64,000 bases of DNA from an uncultured virus (IMG/VR IMGVR_UViG_3300042861_002400) (Duplodnaviria; Heunggongvirae; Uroviricota; Caudoviricetes): the IMG/VR virus record IMGVR_UViG_3300042861_002400. One strand, 5' to 3'. Shown here piece by piece: positions 1-11,800 of this stretch (positions are counted from its first letter, which is position 1; each line of letters starts with the position of its first letter). The translations under genes were made by a program, and so were the position numbers. Under the pieces are notes generated by a model that saw only the letters and a list, made by a program, of their open reading frames with translations, had not been told where the DNA came from and made no database searches.

Positions 1-2
1 TC

Positions 3-365
3 CGCGATGCATACGATCCGAAGACGGGCGACGGGATCTTCACGTCCGCCGATTCCAAGACCCCCGGTGCCAAGTACTGGGACAACTCTTCGAAGCTGCT
101 CACAACGAACGAGACCGGCGAGGACTCCTGGGGCAAGGACGACTGGATTGCGATCTCCCCGGCGATCGTCTCGCTGGTCGTCGGTGCGGGTTCCTACTTC
201 CTGGCCCGGTCACAGATGCAGCAGCAGAAGAAACTGTCGGACGATGCTCGAGACATGCAACTCGAGATTCTCGGGATGCAGTACGCCGCGGCGAGCAAGG
301 GTGGCAGCGGTGGCGGCGGTGGCGGCAGCAGCCTTAACATCGGCCGGATATTGGGAGGCAAATAA
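3..365 (+). CDS. 3' part of a probable internal virion/ejection protein (5' end outside window)
   Basis: Frame 3 is open from the window edge to TAA 363-365 (...WIAISPAIVSLVVGAGSYFLARSQMQQQKK...KGGSGGGGGGSSLNIGRILGGK*). It has one hydrophobic helix and a Gly-rich tail and abuts the ATG at 369. Not in the ORF track because it has no start. Confidence 0.65.
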   Translation, partial: RDAYDPKTGDGIFTSADSKTPGAKYWDNSSKLLTTNETGEDSWGKDDWIAISPAIVSLVVGAGSYFLARSQMQQQKKLSDDARDMQLEILGMQYAAASKGGSGGGGGGSSLNIGRILGGK

Positions 366-368
366 GTC

Positions 369-1115
369 ATGGCAGTAAACCAAGATCTCGTGAGCGCGGT
401 GAACACCTCGCTCGTTAAGAAGACAGCGGCGGGGTCGACCTACGCCGCAGTCGGCGACGTTTCGCCCAAGAAGGGCCGGGGCAAGCCGGTCCAGACCTCG
501 GCTGCCTCCGCAGTCGGCAGCCCGCTGCAGCCCCAATATGCGGCCCTTCGAGAGGATGTGGCGGCCGACCATCCGATTATGGAGCTCTCGCCTGCCGTCA
601 AGGACATGATGGCGAAGGCGGGCCAGGTCACCAGTGACATGCTGTCGGGGGTGATCTCGCCGGACGTCGAGGCGCAGGTGCGCCGCATCAGTGCCGAGTC
701 GGCGATCCGTGGCGGCCTGGGGCTGGGATCCCCCGCCTCCAGGAACCTGACCGCGCGCGACCTTGGCCGGACGAGCGCCGATCTGCAGATGCAGGGCGTC
801 GAGGCGGCAAAGGCGCTGGGGGAATTCGACGCCAACTGGCAGGGTCAGCGGATGAGCTTCCTGCAGAGCATGCGCGGGATGGATCTCGACGCAAAGCGGA
901 TGAAGATGGAGGACCACCAGTTCCGAAAAACGCTGGATCTCAACAGATTAAAGTTGCTTTCGGACGTCACCTCCAACTATTATAACCTTGCTTTTAACTA
1001 CGAGTCCAAGAAGAACGCGAGTCAGGGTAATCTGAACTCGCTCCGGGGAGACCTCAAGAAGACTGTCGCGGGGACTCTGATGCAGCGGCTCGGCCTCGGC
1101 AAGGGAGGGAAGTAA
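369..1115 (+). CDS. putative internal virion/ejection protein, 248 aa
   Basis: Ala/Gly/Gln-rich helical ORF tightly packed upstream of the giant virion protein; function inferred from position only. Confidence 0.55.
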   Translation: MAVNQDLVSAVNTSLVKKTAAGSTYAAVGDVSPKKGRGKPVQTSAASAVGSPLQPQYAALREDVAADHPIMELSPAVKDMMAKAGQVTSDMLSGVISPDVEAQVRRISAESAIRGGLGLGSPASRNLTARDLGRTSADLQMQGVEAAKALGEFDANWQGQRMSFLQSMRGMDLDAKRMKMEDHQFRKTLDLNRLKLLSDVTSNYYNLAFNYESKKNASQGNLNSLRGDLKKTVAGTLMQRLGLGKGGK

Positions 1116-1116
1116 C

Positions 1117-2838
1117 GTGACTGTACCGACAACCATCAACGTGAATGCCACAGGTCGGGCGGGGGCCGCCTATTTCCTTGGCGCTTCCCGCATCGTGGCC
1201 GACTCGGCCGCCCGCGAATCCCAGATCCTCGCCTCCCAGTCCGCCCTCGCCCTGTCTGCCATGAATAATCTCGGCAACTCGCTGAGCGCGGGGCTCACCC
1301 ATTATCTCGACTACCGGCTGGCGGTGAAGCAACAGGCCTTCGATCGCGACATGAAGACACGCGAATTCCAGATCAAGGAGGGCGAGCTTGATATCATGCG
1401 CCTGCAGGCCGAGGACTTGCACCTCTCCCGCCAGCAGGAAGCCCAGAGCCGCGACCTCGACCTGGCGCAGAAGCAGCAGGCATTTCTCATGGAGCCCCAG
1501 GTCCGTAAGTCCCGGGCTGAAGCGGCAGCGCTATTGTCGGCGGCCCGAGGGGCAGCCACAAAGATCCAGTCTGGCAACTATACCGATGAGGATCGCAACA
1601 AGCTCATCGGGGCCCACGAAACCCTTGGCAGGATTGCCGAGAAGATGGCAGGGCTCGGGGTGCCCCAGGCGGAGATCGAGCAGCTGCACACGAACTTGGC
1701 CCCGCTGGTCCGGTCGGCGTCCGTCGTCACTTTGTCTGACGGGACCGACATCAACGTAACTGCGGCGCGTCAAGCGGTCCTCAACCCAGCGTCCCCGATC
1801 GGTCGCAAGGTGCTTGTTGATTTCCTCGTGAACCCCAGCAATCTCGAACCGGTGACCCGCCGCAATGCGGAGTACACTCGGGCCCTTCTCGGGGACCCCG
1901 CGATGTTTGAGGGTAAGGGCGGGCTGGATAAACTGCTGGCGCTCGCGGGGTCGGATACAACTGACCCGCAGGGCGCGCGCAAGGCCGCGGAGACAGCCTA
2001 CCGGTCCATGCAGCTAATGCCGCCTCGTGAGCGGGATGCCCTGCGACTGCAGTTTATCGAGGCCGGTGGATCCGGCGATATGAAGGCACAGGAATTGAAC
2101 CGGCTGCGGCAGACGCTTAACACCAACGACCCGCGGGTCTTGGTGGCCGCGGTGATGGGCGAGGGGACCCCGTCTGCACCTGTGTGGCAGGGTTCTCCGG
2201 ACCGCGCCCCGATAAACCCGGTGGTTCCGCAACAGCTTGGCGGATCTCGGGAAGTAGAACCCCGGATCCTTGCCCGGCTCGGCTTTGAAGGGAAGTCGGT
2301 CCGGGATTATTTTGGGGGAGGACTTAGCGGGCTCTATGCCAAGACTCTCAGTGGCGATATCTCGCGGATGGATGCGACCCCCACAGGGAAAGCCTTGAGC
2401 CTCTTGGGCCCCATTTTGGGCGGAATGTACGAGCCCGCCGAGGCGCTCGAGCGGAAGCTGCGAGGGTCCGATTCGACCACGATTACGCGGGCCCATCGGG
2501 AGACCGCAGATAACTATGTCATGTTGGCGGCCCAGGCGGCTCAATCCAAAGACTGGACCGGGGCGAAGGATTATCTCGAGGATCTGACTTCCTATCTCGG
2601 CGGGGTTAAGGAGTACGGGGGCGGGAAGGTTGACCCGGAGTCAGTAATCTCGTCGGAGTCCGCGGCTACGATCCGGAGGATTGCCCTGATGAGCGCCCAA
2701 CAGGAGGCAGCTCGCGGGTACTACCCGGTGTTCAGCGGATGGCTCCAGGCAAACGCTCCGAAGCTCGCCCCGGCCGAGATCGCCCCGGCGATCGCAGCGC
2801 CCGCTTCCCCACTCGCTGGCGCTCCCCCGAAGATGTAA
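1117..2838 (+). CDS. putative internal virion/ejection protein, 573 aa
   Basis: SD-like GGGAGG before a GTG start; coiled-coil-like N-terminal third; lies directly before the giant gene, as in podoviral ejection-protein clusters. Confidence 0.55.
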   Translation: MTVPTTINVNATGRAGAAYFLGASRIVADSAARESQILASQSALALSAMNNLGNSLSAGLTHYLDYRLAVKQQAFDRDMKTREFQIKEGELDIMRLQAEDLHLSRQQEAQSRDLDLAQKQQAFLMEPQVRKSRAEAAALLSAARGAATKIQSGNYTDEDRNKLIGAHETLGRIAEKMAGLGVPQAEIEQLHTNLAPLVRSASVVTLSDGTDINVTAARQAVLNPASPIGRKVLVDFLVNPSNLEPVTRRNAEYTRALLGDPAMFEGKGGLDKLLALAGSDTTDPQGARKAAETAYRSMQLMPPRERDALRLQFIEAGGSGDMKAQELNRLRQTLNTNDPRVLVAAVMGEGTPSAPVWQGSPDRAPINPVVPQQLGGSREVEPRILARLGFEGKSVRDYFGGGLSGLYAKTLSGDISRMDATPTGKALSLLGPILGGMYEPAEALERKLRGSDSTTITRAHRETADNYVMLAAQAAQSKDWTGAKDYLEDLTSYLGGVKEYGGGKVDPESVISSESAATIRRIALMSAQQEAARGYYPVFSGWLQANAPKLAPAEIAPAIAAPASPLAGAPPKM

Positions 2839-2856
2839 TACACAGGAGACTAAACC

Positions 2857-5800
2857 GTGCCCGATATCTATGCTGGATCTGTCTTCGGCGACCGGACTGA
2901 ATTGCTGCAGCGCTTTCGTGCGGACAACCCGCGCTACACCGAGTGGGGCGACAAGAGCCTCTACTCGGTCATGGCGCTCAACGATCCGTCTCTCCCGAAA
3001 CGGGTACAGAAAGACGCGGACCCGGACTTCAAGGACGGCAGCCAGTTCCTGGCTGCCTACCGCCAGGGCAACCCGGCGGCGCAGGGCATGGATGATGCGA
3101 CCCTCGGGTCGACGCTGGTTCAGCAGATGCCCGAGCTCCAGGTGTTCGGGTTCGGCAAACCTGCCGCTGCGGAGGCGACCCCCGTCGAGGCGGCGCCTGT
3201 TGTGTCCCCATTCGAAGTCGACTTCCGGTCTCGCCATCCGCAATGGATTGGACCAGCCCCGAAGGGTGAGATCGCCGGCCTGCGAGGCGCCGATGTCTAT
3301 CAGGAGATCATGGCCGCGAATGCGGAGGGGCGTGCTGGGTTTGGTGAAGGTTTTGGCGGCAACTGGGAGAGTATGGTTCCATTTTATGGAACCGCAAAGG
3401 CTGCGATCGACGTAGGCCGGCTCGCCCTTACTGCCCGCAAGATGCAGAACGGGGAAGAGGTCTCCGATCAGGAGAAACTCGATCTCAATATTTTCCTGGC
3501 CGACCAGGACCGGGACGCCAATGCGACGATCCTCGGGAAGGCCGGGGCGATCGTGGCGGGCAGTTTTGGATTCGCTGGTGAGTTCGCGGCGACTGCCGCG
3601 ATGGGCGCCGGTCTTTCCGCGATGGCCGCCCGGGGCGGCACGCAGGTCGCCAAGTCCGCGGTACAGAAGTTCGCCGCCAGCTGGGCCAAGCAGCGCGTAT
3701 GGGATGCGGCGGCGGACGGGGCCGCGCGGGCGACCGGCAAGTTCATGACCCGCAACGTCGGTCAGGAAGCCATGGAGGCCTACACGAAGGGCCGCGTTTA
3801 CCGCGGAGCGACTGGTGCGGCGGGTGCGGCAGCACGCATGGCGGTCGGCGGCGCAGTCCAGACTGGCGTCGCGGCCGGGGTCCAGCTGGCGGCCAGCGGC
3901 ACTACTGCGGCGGCGGCCGAGACCGAACTCTATGCAGCCCTCGAGAACAAGCCGATGGATCGCGGGCGTGCGTTCGCGATTGGACTTGGCAAGGAACTCA
4001 TCGAACGCAGCTCGGAATTCACGGGCGGGTCTCTCCTGAATGGCGCTTGGCTCGCAGCCCCTGCCTCCTGGCAGGCGAAGTTCGCCAAGTTCGCCAGCGA
4101 TGAAGCAACCCGCCTCGCCACGCGGCTGCCTCGTGAAGCCGCGGTCAAGGCTGCGAACGAGACCGCAAAAACGGTACAGCGCAAGTGGGCGATGGGGATG
4201 TTCCTTGTCGACTTCGCGAAGAAGCACAGTCTCAATTACGCCGACGCGGCCAAGAGCCTCGTGAAGGTTGGTTACAATGGCGTCCTCGAAGAGGCAGCGG
4301 AGGAACGGCTCGGCGGTTTCTTGCACGGCTTGTTCGGGACGGACGGCACCGAGGGCGGACTGCGCACGGCCATCGAGGGCGCGCTGCCGACGTCTGAAGA
4401 AGCGGTCGCGGAGTTGCTCGCTTTCTCGATGCCGCTGGCTGCGGTCAAGGCAACCGATATGGCGCAGAAGCACCTTTCTGGCGTGTTCGGTAATGATGTG
4501 GTTGGGACCGTCGCAGCTGTCAAGAAGTTCACCGATCCTGCCCCCATTTACGTCGACACCACAGATGGCAAGCGAGACGCAGTGACCGAGGCGACTGTCA
4601 CGGCCGAGGAAGCGGACACCGCCCGGAAGTTCTTTGGGGAGCTGGCGGAGAAGGGTCAAGAGGCGGGGGCCCCAGGCGCTCGCCTGTTCGATGTAGCCAT
4701 GTCCGTGCTGACCCTTCCGTTACATGGCGACCCGACCCGCATCATGTACGGTTCGCTCGAGCGGGCCCTGACAGCGGAGACCGGCCTCAACGTCATCGAC
4801 GCCTACCGCCGGGTCAAGGAGGCCCGCATTCAGGCCGGCGCTACACCGGAGAATGCTGCCAAGGACGCCCGCGCCGCGATCGAGGCCGCGGTCGTTCCCG
4901 CTTTCATGAAGCGCGCTGAGATCCGCAGGAACCTGCCGCCCGAGTTGCAGGAGGAGATGAAGGCAAAGTTGCAGCCCGGCCAAGCGCAGCCGATGCTCGG
5001 CAGTCAGCATCGTGGGATGATGGAGTCGCCGAATGCGCTCTTCAGCGACGCTCTGAACGCCGAACTGGTGCGCCAGGGCTTCCTCGTTGTCAAGCCCATT
5101 TCCGACAACCGGACCGTTGACAAGGACGACTCGGTCTTGCGTTCGCTCGTCGAAGAGTATGACGGGATCGACAAGACGACCCCGGAGGGGCAGCGTCGCC
5201 TCATCGAACTCGCGATCTCCTCGGGCGCCGTCGGTGTCGGTCAGCTTGGCGATTTCACCGACTCCAAGTTCGTCGATCGCATCGACGCCCGCTTTAAGCA
5301 CCTCCGTACCGTCCGCCAAGAATACGGAGATGACACGACATTCCATCCCGGCATGCAGGTCCGCCACGGCAAGGATCTCTTCGTCGTGGTCAGCCGGGTC
5401 GGCGACGTGGTCAACGTCCGCCGCAGTGCATACGATGGGTCCCAGGAAGAGATGCCCGTTGATGTCAAGCAGTTCAGCCTTTCGGATCCCGCGCGTCCCT
5501 GGTCGAAGGTCCGTCCGTATGTCTATCACGACCGGTCTTCCTATTACGGGACCAAGGCCGAGATCGAAGCCCTCCCCCAGATGAAAGGGTATAACTTCGA
5601 CGAGGTCGCCAATCGCATGAGCGAACGCGAGAACGCGGACGGGACGACCGTACCTGTTTACAGCGTTTCGTTCGGCATGACGAACTGGAAGGCCAGTGAT
5701 GGGGTGGCGGCCCTACGGTGGCGCCCCGAAGTCGGACCCTACTCTATCGTCGAGGACATGGTCGTCGAGACCCGGGCTCGTTTCCTCTTCGGTAGCGTGA

Positions 5801-8800
5801 GCCGGGCCCCCGGCGCCATGGATGCGATGGCTAAGCTGGACGCGCTGCTCCGCGAGATGAAGAGCAAGAAAGCTGTCGAGGCGGGCGTCGACGCCAAGGG
5901 CGACAAACAGGCGGTGGCTGAGGCAACCCGGGATCTGGACGCGCTCATCTCCGCGATCGGACGGGGCAAGGACGAGAGCGAGGAGTCTTACCGGGGCAGG
6001 GTCGACGAGATCTTCGGCAAGCTGGCACTCCAGATGGAAGCTGGTTACGACTACGCCAGCTACGCCCCTGTCGAGCACCTGCCCTATCAGGCGCTGTTCT
6101 CGCTCCTCAAGACAGGTGCCTACGCCCAAGCATGGGGCCAGGTGCGCCAGGATTTCATCAACGCCATGGACAAGATCGCTGGAGAAGGCTGGCAGTCTCG
6201 GTACGCCAATCCATTCACAGGACTTGTGGAAGTGGTTAAGCCCGCCCTCGTCAAGGAAGCGGGCAGCGTGGCGGCAGGCAAGCAGGCGACCCGCGAGCAG
6301 AAGTCAGCGCTGAAAGAAAACGCGCGGGACAAGAAGGACGAGGCAGCGAAGGAAGCGCGCGAGACGATGGCGCCGACCGAACCGAAATCCAAGCCCGTTA
6401 CGCAGCCGAACCCGAATTTGAAATCGGTTAAGAACCCGCTTAACCCTCCGAAGCAGCAGGACACCGAGTCAAAGAAAGAAGCTGAAGCGAACAAGCAGGA
6501 CGCGCAGAAGCAGGCCGAGGCCGCCCTGCCCGAGTACGGCATGCCGGACAAGTTTACCGCTCCGGGGCGGGCCGGCGTGGTGGGTCTCGAGCGGGACGGC
6601 ACCACCGGTAAGTGGACCCTGACCGCCCCCAACGGCGACGTCCGGACCGTCGACGAGTCGGCGGCTCGGCAATATTGGAAGCGGACGCTCAAGAAGGAGG
6701 CGCCGGATACGGTCCCCTCGGCACCCACCGCCAATCTACCGCCCAAGGTCGACCAAGCCGCAGCCGCGGCGATCGCCAAGCAAGATGCGGATCTGGCCAG
6801 CGTCGACGCGTTTCTTGCCGATGACGATGGCAAGGAGCACGCTTCCGCGCTGCTCGCAGAGCGGAAGAATGCGGCCCGCCGTCTTGACAGCTTTCTCGAC
6901 TACCTTGAAAAAGGGAACGATGAGCGCGCTCTCGATTGGCCGGGGCTGATCGATCGCCTTCGCGCGGCGCAGTCCCAGGCAGAGATCGACGCAGTCGTCC
7001 AGGAGATGGTCGACCGGCAGGAGCGTATTGGCATCCTGCGGGTGAAGCCGAGCCTGATGCGCTTCGCCTTGCAGGTCAAGTATCGCCAGACCCCCGAGGT
7101 CGCCAAGGAGTATGCCAATGAGATCAAGAAGTCCATTGGTGACTTGTTCGATCGCACATTCGGCACGGAAGCCCCCACCGAGGATGACGAGGAGCAGGGT
7201 GCCAAGGGCGGAGACCTGGACGCATACAATGCGGATCGCCGCCTCGACGCCATGCTGGAGCAGCCGGCGCTGGCCGTCTTTACCGCGCTCACCCGCCGCT
7301 TCTTTACCGGACCCCAGCTCCACCTGGCAGTCGCAAAGGTGTACCGGGATCACGCAGCGATGCTCGACAAAGCCATCCTCAACGAAACAAACTACCGGGC
7401 GTTCCTGACTTCGGACCTGAGTGGCGATAGCAGCGGCCTGCGGTCGCTTCAGACCGCCCTTCGCGCGGTACCCCACGGTGACGCGGTTACCGTCTTCACT
7501 AACTGGTTGACGGTCATGTACCCGAAACCGCTCGCCACGCTGGAGACGACTGCGGATGGGTCGGCAGTGACCAAGGTCAAGATGCATCGCAACGCGAGCA
7601 GCTTCGTGCTGCTCCGGCAGATCCGGCGCGCTCTCACCAATATCTTCAACGACCCGATGCGGCTCCAGGACTTGGATCTCGTCGTCGGCTCCCTCGAGTC
7701 GGCGATTGCGACCACGGATCGCGAGGAGATTGCCAAGGCGGCCGTCTCTTTCCTGCAGGCTGTGTCTGACGAAACCGGCGAGGGCCTTTCATCTGCAGCC
7801 ACTTGGGAAGCGGTCGGCTCCGCTCTTCGCGCAGAGGATAGTGAGGAGCGGTCGGCCCTGCTACGCGCGGTCAACGGAGTCGCCAAGGGCCTGCGCAAGT
7901 TCGTTCTGGCCGAGGCGGAAGCATCGCCCGAGAAATGGGCGACCAACTGGGCGGCGGCGCTTAACACGGTCATGCTCGGCGGGTCCGACAATCTCGCCAA
8001 GGGCAGCGCCAATGCATTCAACGGGCGTACTGGCATGCCGAATAAACGCCAGGGCCGGTCAGCCTTTCAGGCGATCGTCGCGCAGACCAGCATGACGATG
8101 TACGCCGAGAGTGCGGCGACCCCTGTCAAAGGATCGCGCAAGCAGGGATACGCTCCCGAGTCTGCAATGAATGGTCCCGGCAAGTTCCCCATTGTTGAAG
8201 TCATCGGACTCACTCGCGCAGCAAAGGAGTTCATCGAGGACATCCGACTCCGTCCGGAAGATGCGGATACCATGGGGGTCGAGGAGATCGAGGGCCTTCA
8301 GAAGAAACTCTATGCCCGGTTCGCAGCCAGCTTCGAAAGGGCAGAGGCGTCTGGAGAGGCGGTCCTCCCGCTGTACCTGTTTGCCTACGAGGGGGCCAAG
8401 AACAACCTCGACATGGTCGAGATCCCGGTTGAGGCGGTCCTCGGTAAAGAGGGCAAGCCGCCCGCCACCTTCGAGGAAGCGTTCGAGCTGATGAGCGCGG
8501 CCAACGAGAGTCAGTTCTCCCTGCCGACCACGGTCAAGGAGGCCCGGCAGCTTTACATGAAGCGGAAAGACAAGTACCGTAGCGGCGGCCAGAAGATGAT
8601 CGATGTCGAAGGCGGCGTCACTTCGAAGACCGCCTTTGTGATCGATGCAGATGCCCCGATCCAGCTTCGCAAGGCCGATGGATCGACAGTCTCCCTGCCC
8701 GCCGGCTCCATGTTCGACGGTGTCGAATATCTCACCCCCAGCTATTCCGAGAAGACGCTGCGTAGTTATGGCCTGTGGCGCGGCGCCGCCCTGAAGGCGA

Positions 8801-11800
8801 CGGTCGTCTCCGACGCCTCCGTTCCTTCGCAGTATTATGACAAGGGCATGAAGTTGACGGCCGCGCCCTCCGTCTTTCGGCCATTGGTCGCGGCCGTCGC
8901 GGCGGCCGGATACGACGCGGTCAATGACACTGCCACCATCAAGGCGCTGAGCCGCAAGCAGCCCGCCACCCTCGAGGTCACACTCGCAAATAAGGACACG
9001 GTCATCCTCTCCGGCTTTCGGGAAGAGGTACCGTGGAAACAGGAACGCCTTAACGGCGTGTTCGATAGCGATCCGCTCTCCCATCTTCGCTTCGCTCCAC
9101 TGCCCATCCCGACCTATGGGCTGATGAACCTGGGCGACGGCTCCAAGCGCGCCCGGCTAATGCTGGCCGCCTCCGACAAGGCCCCCGTCATGGGCGCCCT
9201 GGCCGAGTCTCTTCGCGACAACATGAAGTTTTCAAAGCCGATCGTCAACGCGATGGGCGGCAACGCGGAAGCGCTGGCCTACCCCGTCACCCGCTCGATC
9301 GTGCTGACCACTGCTGCGTCTTCGGTCGGCGAAGCAGCTCCTACCGTGTGGGGGTTCCTCAGCGTCGTGGTTCCGTCGGGCGGGTATGTCGGCAAGGACA
9401 AGAAGACGGCCTATTTCCCCTTTGGCGGCGAGGACTATTACAGCATGCCCTACCGCGGCCCCGACGGCAAGGTCATGTTCGGGCGCGCCCGCGCCAATAT
9501 CGCCGACCCTGGTTTCCGCTATGAGGCGGTCGTCCCTGCTAATGTCAATCTGGGTCAGGTCGAACGGGCCCTGCAGGATATGTCGCCCAAGAACGCACCG
9601 GACGTTCGCGCGGCCGCCCGGGATCAGTTGAGCCAGCTCCTTCGGTATGAGTGGGAGGGCCGGTCTATCCCCGTCCCGTCCACCGTGTCTTTTGACGACC
9701 TCTATGACGCGAATGGAGAGTTCATCTCGTCGCGCCTGGTGTTCGACGGGGCGGCCATGAAGCTGCATCCCGAGGCGCTCGCCGTCCTGATGAGCGCCCC
9801 GCGCATGCTGACCCGCACGCCTGACGGACCCAATGCCCACGTCGCCCAGTTCATCAGCGCCCCGTTCACCTTCCGGGATGCCGGTGGGAATCTGAAGCCG
9901 GGCATCGAGAACTGGCATGCGGTGCATCCGCTCACGACCGGCCTGCGCGGCGTTGACCAGGATGGAGACAAGGATCTGAACTATGGGGCAGCCTACCGGT
10001 TCGATGCGCCGACCCGGGGCTACACCCAGGTGCGATCTATCGACGAGGATCACCCGGCTCACGTCAACGCGGAGTTCACGCAATCCCTGTTCGAAGGCTT
10101 CGAGAATGTTTCGGACTGGGACCTGAACAGCTCCATTGACACCTCGCTCCTCGAGAACACTCTCGTGAACTGGGAGGGTGCCTACGAGACGGTCAAGAAG
10201 CTCAGCAGCGACGGCGTCTTGCCCCCGACCCTGAAGACGCCCGAGGAAGTCCGAGCGCTGTTCAATACGTGGGAGGCCCAGCGTAAACTGTGGGCGCTCT
10301 CCCGGACGGCCAACAATCTCAAGGGCGTGATCGTCGCCCAGTATGCGGCAATGCAGATGGTGTTCCGCTACCTGGGGCTGGTGTACCCAGAGTCGTACAC
10401 GATGACCTTCAAGAACCTGCGCACAGGGGCGCCGGATGCGATCAAGGTGTCGCGCCCCGTGGCCGACCCCAACAGCGACCGCGTGGTCGCCCTGGCGTTC
10501 ATGCAGTTCGTGAACATCGCCATCGATGACCCGTCGAAGCAGCAGGTGGCGTACCTCCTCATGAACCCCGATACCATGGGCCTGTTTCAGATCCTGGCCG
10601 CGGGTCATAAGTTCGAAGCGACGACCCTTGAGGCGGCTACGAAGGAGATCCAGGCATTCTACCAGCAGTTCGTCGACTTCCTGCAGTCCCCGGAAGTGAA
10701 ACGCCTCGCCGAAGTCCGCAAAGAGTTGGCCGAGAAGGGCACCCGGGCGGATGCGGGCGAGGAGTGGGAAGCACTGATGGGCGAGGACGGCAAGCTGCCG
10801 AGCCCCTACGCCGCTCTGCGCGAGTTCGAAATTTGGAATCGCCGGCTGCAAAACCTGACCCAGGGACTGCTCTCGTTTAAGAAGCGCCCGTCCTCCCTTT
10901 CACGACTGGACGCTCAGATCGACGCGGTCGCCACGATGGGCGGGTTCGAGGTGACGCGGGGCGGGGACGCTGTCGTCGAACTTGGCAAGCGTTCGCTCGC
11001 CAGGTACGGCGAGGTCTACATGGGCCCCGGCTCCCTCTATGCCCGCGAGGACGTGCGCGAGATGGCGGACCGCCTGAAGAAGGGCGACAGCTTCGATCCC
11101 GCGAAGCGGTCGGACAAACCATACGCGGACCTGGGCGACGCCAGGGTCGCCCGGTTCACCGAGGCGCTCGAGCAGGCCGTGATGATCGATGCGACGGCCA
11201 ACGCCCTCCCTGAAGACATCATGGGCCGCCTCCATGCGGCAGCCCTGGCCTCGCCCGACGCGGACCGTCAGGAGATCGGTCGGGCGACGGACGCGGTCAA
11301 CCTGAAATTCCCGGCGCTGGGCAGGACGCTGATCCTGACCGCGGGGCCCTCGATCGCTTCCGCGGCCATGCTCGCGAGTCCCGGCAACGTGTGGTGGCAG
11401 AATGTCGAGATCGCCAAACGGCGCGGGGAGGCTCGTATCTCCGCCGAGTTCCAGATCCGGCAGAACGAATCCCTGACCGACGAGTTCGCCAACGAGTTGC
11501 AGACCGCGTTTGACAAGACGGGGGAGCAGTGGGTTGGCGGCAAGCTTCAGATTAAGGACAAGGACGGCAGCGTCGCCGCCGAGTTCACGCGTGGTGAAGT
11601 CATGATGATCATGGCTTGGTATGCCCTGCAGAACGAAGGGGCGGCGTCGTCGATGCTGCAGGCCATGTCGCCCGCGTTCCATCGCGAGCTCGCCACCCGG
11701 TTCAACAACGAGCTGAAGGTCGGCTTCGATGCGACCCGGCAGAAATATCTGATCGGTTACATCCGCAAGCAGACCGCCATTGAATACCGGCCGCAGCGGT

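Noticed and set aside
7..378. ORF-track 123-aa protein
   Set aside because: It is an Arg/Pro/Ser-rich off-frame reading; frame 3 ending at 365 is more protein-like and abuts the next gene.
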